In this document: in pieces, positions 11,521-23,509 of the stretch
Layout of the letters: each line of letters starts with the position of its first letter
How positions within the stretch are numbered: the first letter of the stretch is position 1
DNA from: Haliotis cracherodii
Taxonomy: Eukaryota
Assembly: GCF_022045235.1 (NCBI RefSeq)
Contig: NW_027266265.1
Coordinates: 32,426,001 to 32,490,000, forward strand
Reading direction: 5' to 3'
DNA: 64,000 bases
Made by a program: the position numbers and the translations under genes
Notes under the pieces: generated by a model
What the model saw: only the letters and a program-made list of their open reading frames with translations
Told to the model about the DNA's origin: nothing
Database searches by the model: none

Positions 11521-14500
11521 AAATTAAGTAATTGTTTTCGTCTTCATGTGTGCACTTGTGAGAAAACAAGTTATAATAGCACCAATATTAATGTAATCGT
11601 GTTGAGGTGGGTCAGGTGAAATGGGGTTTAACGCAATGTTTAAGATCATTACACTTGTATAGAGACGCATGTACTAGTGTTGAGACATGTTACATTACAA
11701 TGGGTAGCCTAGTAGGTAAGGTTACTCGTCTCACCTAAGACTGGGTTTGTTTCTCTACAGGGGTACAATGTGTGAAGCCCATTCCCTGTGTTAACATCAT
11801 GATTTGGATGAGTCTTACTGAATGTGGAGCAAACCCTTAGGGCTCAATCTGTATGTCTGTTACCTACAATTTGTGGACTGTTCTTATTAAGAGTTTCCAA
11901 ATCCACCAGGCTACACCATGAGTTTGAAAAAATTGCTGTTTCTAGATATTTTCATTTCAGAAAAATATCCAGCAGAGAATATGTTTGTGCATATTTTCAA
12001 ATTATTAAATTCTATTTATGCAATAAAGTTTTTTACTGATATTAAATATTCAATATTTTATTTGTGTTGCAGGGAGCATTTTTACACATATAAAAGATGT
12101 TGTTAGAGATGTAGAAAAAGCAATTTACACTAATTGTGACCAAAATTTAAACATTTATTAGTATTTTGTTATCGGTTATTACCTACTACGAAATGTTCAT
12201 GTACGTATGTTTGTGTTGGCTGTTTAATTTTGGAAGGGAGTATGATTTAAATATTTTGTTATTATTTGAATTTCAATGATTTTGTCACTATGGTATCTTC
12301 TCATGGATGGTTGCCAGCGATGGAAACTAACATTTAAAACCATTTAAAAATGGCAATGTTTTACTGGTTGTAATAATACCTTAAATATTGGGCAGTTTGG
12401 AAAGGACTATAGGACCAGTGGCGATTTTTATCTCTGGTTTCAGTTTACCTGTGTTAGAAATGTTCAATGGGTTAATGAATGTGTGTTGTTTTTCTATATG
12501 ACATATGGTAACTTGTCAAACCTTTCATATGATTTCACTGTTGTTTTGTAGAGCTGAGGACCTATTTTGGTCTTATCAATACTTGGAGAGTTGGGATTGT
12601 TCAGTATGGGGACAAAACTAAACTTGCAACCAAGGCAGCTGTTAAACTATATGAATTTTCATGTTTTTATTTAAAGGACAAGAAAAAGAACAAACAATAT
12701 TTTCAGTTCACATTTTATATCCCCTCACCTTTTGTTTATTCAATGCTTTTTATGCTTTTGTTGTGCTTTTATTCCATTCTGTGCTGCCTTGTTTTAGAAG
12801 ATGGTTTGAAATGTTTTCATGTGATGTCAGTGTTGGTACAGGCCACAAGTACAACATGAGACAGTGTGCAAATGTGTAATCCCAGTATGTACCATATGTT
12901 CACAAGGTCTCATGCTGATGGAGGATGCTGCTTAGCTTCTGCTGCTGTTATGTATGTGCTGTATACACTACTATTTGTTATGTTACATGTTGAGAAATAA
13001 AAACTATCTAATATATGTACTCTTCTGTCATATTATTTCTTTTTTTCATTATGATTGAATGAGATTGTTGATCGAAGAAGCTATCTTGTGATTCCTGTTT
13101 GCTGACAGGATGGATTGTTGTTCATGCTATCAGCCTATAGTATGTTTGGTTATGTACAAGGTGATGTGATAAAGATGTAATATTGTGACCTTTGGAGTGA
13201 AACAACACCCGCTCAGACATGATGAAGTCCTGACGGAAATGAAATGGACAAATAACGGTTGCTCTGTTACATGTTCTGTGTAAATGTTGAAATATTGATA
13301 GGCGGTGCAGTGTGGGATTTTACTGACGCTTCTTTCAGTTAAGATTAGTTAAAGTGAAGTGATAGGTAAAGTTATCTCTCTTGGATCTTAAATCAGTATT
13401 TAGTACTCTTACAATCAAAACAAACTTTTAATTTTATAGTTTGCATAATGTATATAATGAAAGATAACACTGTGTAGGTCTAAATATAGAATAAAAAGCA
13501 GATGTTTACACTAATTTTTGTCAAGATTTATACTTTAATATGATTGAGGACAACCTCCTTGATCTGTATATACTTGGAATGGGGAACATGGAAATCCGTG
13601 CCTTGTATGTTTTAGCGGACTCCTACAGAAATGTTGGATAATCAACGAGATGACTCGTACCAAAAACAACATATTAAATCTTACACAATTAAGATATATA
13701 TGATTTTAAACATTATTCGCTTCTGTTAATATATATTTATCTGTAGCAATGACCCGGATATGATATTTAACCCTGTAGATGCTGTAGCGCCCGGGATGTT
13801 ATTTTGAAACAATAGCTTAACCTCCAGAAAAGCTGCTTCTTTGGGACACTGAAAGGGTTAATTGTGTCTGGGATTATCCCACTCAACTTAGTGAGTGAAG
13901 TGTGAATTGAAAATAAATGGGTATAGGATCATTTAGATTTGTGTACGAGTCAACCATATAATGCATGGATGCTCCAAATCAGGTATGGGTCTGGCTGGGC
14001 CTGAATGTAGTTGAGCAGGAACACCCTGATATGTATGTAGTCGAGTACAACACCTCTGGTCTCCACGTAGTCGAGTACAACCTCCCTGGCCTCCACGTAG
14101 TCGAGTACAACCCCTCTGATCTCCACGTAGTCGAGTACAACCTCCCTGGCCTCCACGTAGTCGAGTACAACCTCCCTGGTCTCCACGTAGTCGAGTAGAG
14201 CCTCCCTGGTCTCCACGTAGTCGAGTACAACCTCCCTGGCCTCCACGTAGTCGAGTACAACCTCCCTGGTCTCCACGTAGTCGAGTACAACCTCCCTGGC
14301 CTGTATGTAGTCGAGTACAACCTCCCTGGTCTTCACGTAGTCGAGTACAACCTCCCTGGTCTTCAAGTAGTCGAGTACAACCTCCCTGGTCTTCACGTAG
14401 TCGAGTACAACCTCCCTGGTCTCCACCTAGTCGAGTACAACCCCTCTGGTCTCCGCGTAGACAAATACAGCCTTTCTGGCCTGTATGTAGTCGAGTACAA

Positions 14501-16240
14501 CCTCCCTGGTCCGTATGTAGTCGAGTACAACCCCCATGGCCCGTATGTAGTCGAGTGCAACCTCCTTGGTCTGTATGTAGTCGAGTGCAATCTCCCTGGT
14601 CCGTATGTAGTCGAGTACAACCTCCCTGGTCCGTATGTTGTCGAGTAAAACTTCCCTGGTCTGTATGTTATCGAGTAAAACCTCCCAGGTCTGTATGTAG
14701 TCGAGTGCAATCTCCCTGGCCTGTATGTAGTTGAGTACAGCCCCCTGGTCTCCATGTAGTCGAGTACAACCTCCCTGATCTCCATGTAGTCGAGTACAAC
14801 CTCCCTGGTCTGTATGTAGCCGAGTACAGCCTCTCTGGCCTGTAGGTAGTCGAGTACAACCTCCCTGGCCTGTATGTAGTCGAGTACAACCTCCTTGGTC
14901 TCCACGTAGTCGAGTACAACCTCCCTGGTCTGTATGTAGTCGAGTACAGCCTCTCTGGCCTGTATGTAGTCGAGTACAGCCCTCTGTTCTCCATGTAGTC
15001 GAGTACAACCTCCCTGGTCTCCACGTAGTCGAGTACAATCTCCCTGGACTGTATGTCGTCGAGTACAGCCCCCTGGTCTGTATGTAGTCGAGTACAACCT
15101 CCCTGGTCTGTATGTAGTCGAGTACAACCTCCCTGGTCTGTATGTAGTCGAGTACAACCTCCCTGGTCTTCACGTAGTCGAGTACAACCTCCCTGGTCTC
15201 CACGTAGTCGAGTACAACCTCCCTGGCCTGTATGTAGTCGAGTACAACCTCCCTGGTCTTCACGTAGTCGAGTACAACCTCCCTGGCCTGTATGTAGTCG
15301 AGTACAGCCCTCTGGTCTCCACGTAGTCGAGTACAACCTCCCTGGTCTCCACGTAGTCGAGTACAACCTCCCTGGTCTCCACGTAGTCGAGTACAACCTC
15401 CCTGGTCTTCACGTAGTCGAGTACAACCTCCCTGGTCTCCACGTAGTCGAGTACAACCTCCCTGATCTCCATGTAGTCGAGTACAACCTCCCTGGTCTGT
15501 ATGTAGCCGAGTACAGCCTCTCTGGCCTGTATGTAGTCGAGTACAACCTCCCTGGCCTGTATGTAGTCGAGTACAACCTCCTTGGTCTCCACGTAGTCGA
15601 GTACAACCTCCCTGGTCTGTATGTAGTCGAGTACAGCCTCTCTGGCCTGTATGTAGTCGAGTACAGCCCTCTGTTCTCCATGTAGTCGAGTACAACCTCC
15701 CTGGTCTCCACGTAGTCGAGTACAATCTCCCTGGTCTGTATGTCGTCGAGTACAGCCCCCTGGTCTGTATGTAGTCGAGTACAACCTCCCTGGTCTGTAT
15801 GTAGTCGAGTACAACCTCCCTGGTCTGTATGTAGTCGAGTACAACCTCCCTGGTCTTCACGTAGTCGAGTACAACCTCCCTGGTCTCCACGTAGTCGAGT
15901 ACAACCTCCCTGGCCTGTATGTAGTCGAGTACAACCTCCCTGGTCTTCACGTAGTCGAGTACAACCTCCCTGGCCTGTATGTAGTCGAGTACAGCCCTCT
16001 GGTCTCCACGTAGTCGAGTACAACCTCCCTGGTCTCCACGTAGTCGAGTACAACCTCCCTGGTCTCCACGTAGTCGAGTACAACCTCCCTGGTCTTCACG
16101 TAGTCGAGTACAACCTCCCTGGTCTCCACGTAGTCGAGTACAACCTCCCTGGCCTGTATGTAGTCGAGTACAGCCCTCTGTTCTCCATGTAGTCGAGTAC
16201 AACCTCCCTGGTCTCCACGTAGTCGAGTACAACCTCCCTG

Positions 16241-16347
16241 GGTCCCGTTCCTCAAAGCGATCTTAGCACTACGATGATCGTAAACCTATGTTAAAGTATG
16301 GGACTTACGATCACCTTAGTGCTTAGATCGCTTTGAGGAACGGGGGC
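16241..16347. mobile_element. 107-bp hairpin MITE, PIF/Harbinger-like, CTG TSD
   Basis: Arms of about 43 bp beginning GGTCCCGTTCCTCAAAGCGATCTTAGCACTA; CTG on both sides (16238-16240, 16348-16350). Confidence 0.85.
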
Positions 16348-16948
16348 CTGGTCTGTATGTAGTCGAGTACAGCCTCTCTGGCCTGTATGTAGTCGAGTAC
16401 AACCTCCCTGGTCTTCACGTAGTCGAGTACAACCTCCCTGGTCTTCACGTAGTCGAGTACAACCTCCCTGGTCTCCACGTAGTCGAGTACAACCTCCCTG
16501 GCCTGTATGTAGTCGAGTACAACCTCCCTGGTCTTCACGTAGTCGAGTACAACCTCCCTGGTCTGTATGTAGTCGAGTACAACCTCCCTGGTCTGTATAT
16601 AGTCGAGTACAACCTCCCTGGTCCGTATGTAGTCGAGTACAATCTCCCCGGTCTGTATGTAGTCGAGTACAGCCCTCTGTTCTCCATGTAGTCGAGTACA
16701 ACCTCCCTGGTCTCCACGTAGTCGAGTACAACCTCCCTGGTCTGTATGTAGTCGAGTACAACCTCCCTGGTCTCCACGTAGTCGAGTACAACCTCCCTGG
16801 TCTTCACGTAGTCGAGTACAACCTCCCTGGTCTCCACGTAGTCGAGTACAACCTCCCTGGTCTGTATGTAGTCGAGTACAGCCCTCTGTTCTCCATGTAG
16901 TCGAGTACAACCTCCCTGGTCTCCACGTAGTCGAGTACAACCTCCCTG

Positions 16949-17055
16949 GGTCCCGTTCCTCAAAGCGATCTTAGCACTACGATGATCGTAAACCTATGTT
17001 AAAGTATGGGACTTACGATCACCTTAGTGCTAAGATCGCTTTGAGGAACGGGGCC
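16949..17055. mobile_element. 107-bp hairpin MITE, duplicate of 16241-16347
   Basis: Nearly identical sequence with CTG flanks; 708 bp from the first copy. Confidence 0.85.
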
Positions 17056-19059
17056 CTGGTCTGTATGTAGTCGAGTACAGCCTCTCTGGCCTGTATGTAG
17101 TCGAGTACAACCTCCCTGGTCTTCACGTAGTCGAGTGCAACCTCCCTGGTCTCCACGTAGTCGAGTACAACCTCCCTGGCCTGTATGTAGTCGAGTACAA
17201 CCTCCCTGGTCTTCACGTAGTCGAGTACAATCTCCCTGGTCTGTATGTAGTCGAGTACAGCCCTCTGTTCTCCATGTAGTCGAGTACAACCTCCCTGGTC
17301 TCCACGTAGTCGAGTACAACCTCCCTGGTCTGTATGTAGTCGAGTACAGCCTCTCTGGCCTGTATGTAGTCGAGTACAACCTCCCTGGTCTTCACGTAGT
17401 CGAGTACAACCTCCCTGGTCTTCACGTAGTCGAGTGCAAATCCCTGGTCTGTATGTAGTCGAGTACAGCCTCCCTGGTCTGTATATAGTCGAGTACAACC
17501 TCCCTGGTCCGTATGTAGTCGAGTACAATCTCCCTGGTCTGTATGTAGTCGAGTACAGCCCTCTGTTCTCCATGTAGTCGAGTACAACCTCCCTGGTCTC
17601 CACGTAGTCGAGTACAACCTCCCTGGTCTGTATGTAGTCGAGTACAGCCTCCCTGGTCTGTATGTAGTCGAGTACAACCTCCCTGGTCCGTATGTAGTCG
17701 AGTACAATCTCCCTGGTCTGTATGTAGTCGAGTACAGCCCTCTGTTCTCCATGTAGTCGAGTACAACCTCCCTGGTCTCCACGTAGTCGAGTACAACCTC
17801 CCTGGTCTGTATGTAGTCGAGTACAGCCTCCCTGGTCTGTATGTAGTCGAGTACAACCTCCCTGGTCCGTATGCAGTCGAGTACAATCTCCCTGGTCTGT
17901 ATGTAGTCGAGTACAGCCCCCTGGTATGTATGTAGTCGAGTACAACCTCCCTGGTCTGTATGTCGTCGAGTACAATCCCTGGCCTGTATGTAGTCGAGTA
18001 CAACCTCACTGGTGCGTATGTAGTCGTATGAGAGAATAGGGCGCCGCCATCTTTGGTACAGAGATCGTGAGTTCGAATCCGGTTTTTTTTTCAACACCAT
18101 AGCAGTGGTTAACGTCTGATATCTGCATTACTTCGGGCTTTCCTACCAAATTTAGCTGACACGCCGTGATATAACTGGAATACTGATCAATCCAACTCAA
18201 TCTCCCATGTAGTCAGTCAGTCAGCTGGAGACACTGATGTCACTCTCCGTGCATACTGTTGTTTGACATGACCGACCCTGACATATAGACTTACTACACA
18301 CGCGCCCTTCTCTCCTCGGTCTAATCCGGCTTTTCTTAACCCTGAACGAAGAAATAGACCTTTCGATAACATAGTAAGATATATCAAAGAAGTTATATTA
18401 ATCAGATGTGGGGTATTAAAAGTCTCAGTATGATCGAATCTAACTACATCTGGCGTATATTTACACGATAACGCACATGTATTCTCACATAATATGAAAA
18501 TCCTGTAACTTTGAACGAATGTAACATTAGTTTGGATAATGAGGGATTTGAGAAGTAACTAAATGCAAAGATTATCTCCGGAGCAGATATTCTAGGGAAG
18601 GGGGAAGTGGAACTATATATTTGCCTCTGGTTTTACAAACAAATAATTGTTCGCTTGTTATCCTGGGTGTCCTGTCAAAATGTAACACACACATATAAAT
18701 TAAAATGTTTCCCGGTGCAAAGGTGACATTCGAATTAACTTTTTGTGACAAATTCAAATATAATGGATCACCTAAGTACCCAAGTACATATTATTTGTAT
18801 TGTATGCCTAACATTTCATACACAAGTTTTCTCAATCAAAAGAACAGACTATTTGCTATCTTCGATCTTCTTGCAATGAACATTATCAACCACATGGAAC
18901 AACATCACTGGTCGGACGAAAATCATTATTAACGGAAATAATACAAACAAATTAATTAAATCAGTGTGTGTTGTAATTGAAAAGAACAAATTAGTACAGA
19001 TTAATTTAACAGTAAGCCATTTATCCTTCACCGGTGTTGATATGGAAACGCGGATAACA

Positions 19060-19216
19060 AAACCTAGCAACCCCAACCAAGTCACGTGACAGAAGGCATA
19101 ACCTCGGCTGTATCCGTGATAAGCGCGACATTTGCCGATTGCTTGTGAACCGGAAGTTTCGAAGTAAACGCAGGCAGTTTCTTGTCAACACAGGTAGAGT
19201 GACATACCCTAGCAAC
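19060..19216 (+). promoter_or_regulatory. DYNLRB proximal promoter: palindromic E-box GTCACGTGAC, ETS site CCGGAAGT, two CCTAGCAAC RFX-like sites
   Basis: Motifs at 19081-19090, about 19150-19158, 19063-19071 and 19208-19216, in a CpG-rich patch just upstream of the ATG exon. Confidence 0.55.
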
Positions 19217-19235
19217 GACACCCTGATCTGCAATC

Positions 19236-22200
19236 ATGGTGAGTATTTTCAAGTTAATATGCAGAGAAAATTAGTATTTTCATGAATTACTGATGACTGA
19301 AACCTTCTTATTTGTTTGATCGATGTTTTAAGCAGGTCATATTCCTGTATGAGTCACACTATGTGTAGACGAATTTCTGATGTTTCTCTTTTCTTCATAG
19401 TGCAAGCACCTGCACATGTGGAGTACATAACATCATGGCTTTAAGTAATTCCTAGATGATGTATAAGTACATGTTTCATTCTTAGCAAGCCTTGTCTGTT
19501 CTCTCAATGAACTTGTTCATTCTTGTGTACATGATTTTGATCAGGGCGAATGGGATATGGGGTGTGTTGTCACAGTTGTCAAGGACTAGAGGCAGTAGAC
19601 ACTTGTTTTTGTTAGGTTTGTGCATCAGTCACACACATTGTTATACTTGTGATGATGTATCCCCCCTAGAAAACCCTATACAGTAGATATCTGATTATTA
19701 TTTCAACAGAATGCTTAACTATGCTTATTACTATCCATATTTAATAATAATTTAGAGTTTCACCACTCCTCCAGAGTTTTGGGCTTCCCTTGACCAGGGC
19801 AAGATTTCTCCAGCAACTCCCACCTCATTTTCAATAAATCCAATGTCGAGTTTGTTCCATCATTTCCAATTTATATTCCAGCCAAAAGTGTTACCTTAAA
19901 ATAATGTTCCTACTTCCAGGCACTTTTGGAAAGAAGAATTTCTGAGCTGCCTTAGTTAACTTAGGCAACCTTTAAACTTTATTGAACATGTCCTTTCTTC
20001 GCTAATCCCATACACTGATCCAGTCTGTATGGCTGTTTACTATATTTAACCCTTCACCTCCTATATAAACCAGTTAATTTCACAAGAGCTATAATGCTTG
20101 TTTTCATAATAATTGCACATTCCCAAATATCTGAGAGCAGTAGTCAAGGGACTTATTATACTGGTAGCAAATGTGGAATTGGATTCATGTTCATTGATTG
20201 TTGTTTCCAGTTTGTGTAAAACATGGATTTATCTAGACTCGCTCATAGGCCGATAACTGACCACATGTCTGCAACAAGTGTCAGTAACAATTCCCAGATT
20301 GGCATTACATAACTTCCCAGTTCATGTTAAATGGTTATAAGTTTTGGCTTCGTTGGATCTACTTCAATGTCACTGACCAATTTGGGCCAAATAACGATTT
20401 CCTCCCAAAATTGTCCACCCAGGGAACTTATGATAGTTTAGAATCCTAGATAAATCCCTGAGTAAAATGTACACAGATAAGCATTCCCATATTTTGTTGT
20501 CATGTTGGTCTGTTAATTGTAGATGTGCCATATGACCCTTTCCCCTGTGATAACCGTGAATCTGTATGAGTTTAATTTGAAGCAATATGCATAACAACAC
20601 TAGCCGTCATGGTCATAACTCAAAAGTTAAAGGTTATAAATGTAGGGGGTCCCTAGATTCAAATAAAACAGGAGCAAACTTCAAGGACCCCCTTAAGTTT
20701 GAACGCTACCTTACAAATCTTTATAAAAAAGAATTCATTATGTTAGCTTCAACGTAAACAAAATGACACAAAAATTGTCAATCAGATTATTATTATGACA
20801 TTTATATAAAATTAGTACATGTATCGGCATGATCAGTGTTTGAAATTAAGTATGAAATCAAGAATTCTTGTCATGACCGTAATGTTGTAATTTTTAAAAG
20901 GTCCCTAGATTCAGATATTAGTGGTGTCATGATAAAACGAAATATTGATATATTGCTATTGGTAAGCACTTAAAGTCTATAAATCGTTTGTAAAATCAGT
21001 TTCCGATCAATATTATCAATTTCAGTTAGGAATATTGATAGTTTTGATTGTTATCATACCATATCAATAAAATACATGCAATGCTGTTCCAATTTGTTTT
21101 TCTTTTGATCATGAGTGGTAGTAATATACACATGGTAATGTGGAAGTTTCTTTTTCTTAAATTATCAGCGTAAAGAAAAAACAAATCAGTCATATCTCAA
21201 ACTTTACTTTATATTTGTTGTTATGGTAATGACATTCAAAGGAAACTTCAGTTCCAAGGTTTAATTCAACTCTAAAATCCGTCTAAAATGATACACTGAA
21301 AACTATCAATATTAATCACAATAGTTGCTTGCAATATCAATAGTTATCGCAATAGTAATTTCCAGTCCAATAGTCACCCCATCAGATATTACAGCAGCTA
21401 ACAACAAGCATCCCAGGATCCTTAAATTCAAACATATTTAATAATTCAGCATTATCAATACATAATCATGATAACTGTACATATGTTGCAGTTTATTGCA
21501 ATAAGAATTGTATGAAGCAATGGCTGAAGTGTAAAAGCTGTTTGTTCTTTTTTTTCAGTCTGACGTAGAAGAGACTTTCAAGAGGATCCAGGCACACAGA
21601 GGAGTCATGGGAATCATTGTAGTCAACTCTGAAGGTAATACTCATTTCTCTAAGCAGAAATGATCATCTAGTTCTATACACCATGACACAGCGATACATC
21701 AAGACTCTATGGTTTCATGAATGACAACCCCGTGGAAAAAATGTATTACATCTTAGTGAATATGTCTAGCATGCTTCATTAATTGTACAAGTTCTATTAA
21801 ATCTTCAGAAAATATTCCAAACTTTAGGTTTTCAGTGATATGATTTCAGTGTTTAAGGCGACTCAAATTCTATCAAGTTTTCAAAAATGTATTAAATGAC
21901 AAGTTCAATATGGCTAATATTGATTTAGGTATGGAAAGCAATCTCATACAAATCAGATCTTAAGTTCCCGCTGCTGCAAAACAAAGATCTGAGGACATCC
22001 CATAACTGAGGACATTCCATTTCAGACTACGCTTGAAAAATATGTTTTCACAGTTCTTGATTAAAATTTTGAGAACTGAACAAACAAACATTCCCGAATG
22101 TCTAACATATTGTTGCGATTGTATACTAGTGCGTCCCACGTACTGTACAACGCTTCCTCTGTTCAAATGTTTATTTCATGGAAGTAAGCGATAGATGATA

Positions 22201-23509
22201 ATTTTGACGGAATCAGTCGTATGTCCTCAGATCTTTGTTTAGCGATAGCGTGAACTAAGATCTGATTTTAATAAGAAGGTGACTCAAATTTTGAAATATG
22301 TTTTTCATCACAATTTGTGATCCCCAAGTTTCTGGTCACAATGGTATCTTCTTGTTTGGATGAGATGTTGCATTTTCATCATTTAATGAATTTGAGTTCC
22401 TGTTCATCCAAGGTGCCGCAATTTGCTGTGTAGAGTTGTGTCCCTTAGGTCAGAAACCTGTGATTTGGGGTTCATATCCAATAATCTCCCTCACTATGTT
22501 TCTAGGTTTGTCAACATCAGCACACACATGTGTGTTTTACATCACTTCAGGACTTCCTCTTTAGCTGAAACAGCATGATAAAACCAAAATGCTGTTCATG
22601 ACAACGTTAACCTTACTCGTTCCAATGTTTGTTATAGGCATCCCAATCAGGACAACACTGGACAACTCGACCACTGTCCAGTATGCCGGTCTGATTCATT
22701 CCTTAGCAGCCAAAGCCAAGAGTTGTATCCGAGATATTGACCCACAGAATGAGTTGTGCTTCTTCAGACTCAGGACGAAAAAACATGAGATTATGTGTGC
22801 ACCAGGTGAGGAAAATTCTTGATACTTTGAAGTTTGGTTTCTTTGAAAGGACTAGGCATATTAATCATAAGCGCCCCTTTTGACCCACTTGAAATGTCAA
22901 ATTTAATGTTGAGAAATATTATGACTCTTATCACAGATGTTCATTATGCAAGCAACTAGCTTCTTGTTTCTATCACAATATGAAGTACAAAAGTTTGATG
23001 TGAGTGAAAAGGTTTGTTCTTTTCACTTCAGTTAAAATGGATGATCAAATGTAAGAGAGATCATGTAGAAGAGTTGGTTTGTTGTTTAACGCCGCACTCA
23101 GCAATATTCCAGCTATATGACTGCGGTCTGTAAATAATTAAGTCTGGACCAGACAATTAAGTGATTAATATTATGAGCATCGATCCACATAACTGGGATC
23201 GATGACATGTATCAACCAAGTCAGCGAGCCTGACCACTCAATCCCGTTAGTCGCCTTTTACAACAAGCATAGTCGCCTTATACAACAAGCATTGGTTGCT
23301 GAAGACCTATTCTATCCTGGAATCTTCACGGGTCATTTAGGAGAGACAAGGTGCCGTTTTAATCAGATTGACCTTGTTTATTTTGCTTGGAGCCAGCTGG
23401 CAATAGCCAATCCCTGCTGATTTCAATTTTTGTCATCTTTTCAAAATATTGAGGAATGTTATTTATCGTTTCAGACCAAGATTACTTGATGATTGTCATC
23501 CAGAGTTAG
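19236..23509 (+). CDS. DYNLRB: Dynein light chain roadblock-type, 93 aa; exons 19236-19238, 21559-21634, 22638-22805, 23475-23509
   Basis: Spliced product [93 protein letters not shown] is a recognisable roadblock/LC7. All junctions are GT-AG and phases are consistent (282 nt). Confidence 0.95.
21950..22269. mobile_element. MITE of about 320 bp with TIRs of about 50 bp
   Basis: AAATCAGATCTTA.GTTC.CGCT...AAACAAAGATCTGAGGACAT is inverted at the other end. An internally deleted hairpin copy lies at 40512-40581. Confidence 0.75.
23074..23334 (-). mobile_element. Retroposon family C in DYNLRB intron 3
   Basis: Colinear in reverse; degenerate TSD ATGTAGAAGAG / ATTTAGGAGAG. Other copies near 8757-8985, 25715-25950, 50230-50435 and 3790-4092. 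Confidence 0.85.

Larger units (their letters stand above)
13990..18030. repeat. About 4-kb 30-bp minisatellite with higher-order structure and two embedded MITEs
   Basis: Unit GTAGTCGAGTACAACCTCCCTGG plus a 7-nt variant (TCTCCAC, TCTTCAC, TCTGTAT, CCTGTAT). Roughly 125-130 units with occasional 29-bp units. Confidence 0.97.

Noticed and set aside
13990-18030. CRISPR-like look of a constant 23-bp repeat with a variable slot
   Set aside because: The variable part is only about 7 nt drawn from a few recurring states, not unique spacers. There are no cas genes and the context is a spliced animal genome.
13950-18100. Long ORFs (up to 601 aa; YVETREVVLD / GGCTRLHTDQ repeats)
   Set aside because: They arise in several frames and on both strands from a 30-bp unit, and 29-bp units shift the frame at random. 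No splice or promoter support.
19290-19303. CTGATGACTGAAAC hammerhead-like core
   Set aside because: Only 2 nt between CUGAUGA and GAAA and no flanking stems; chance match.
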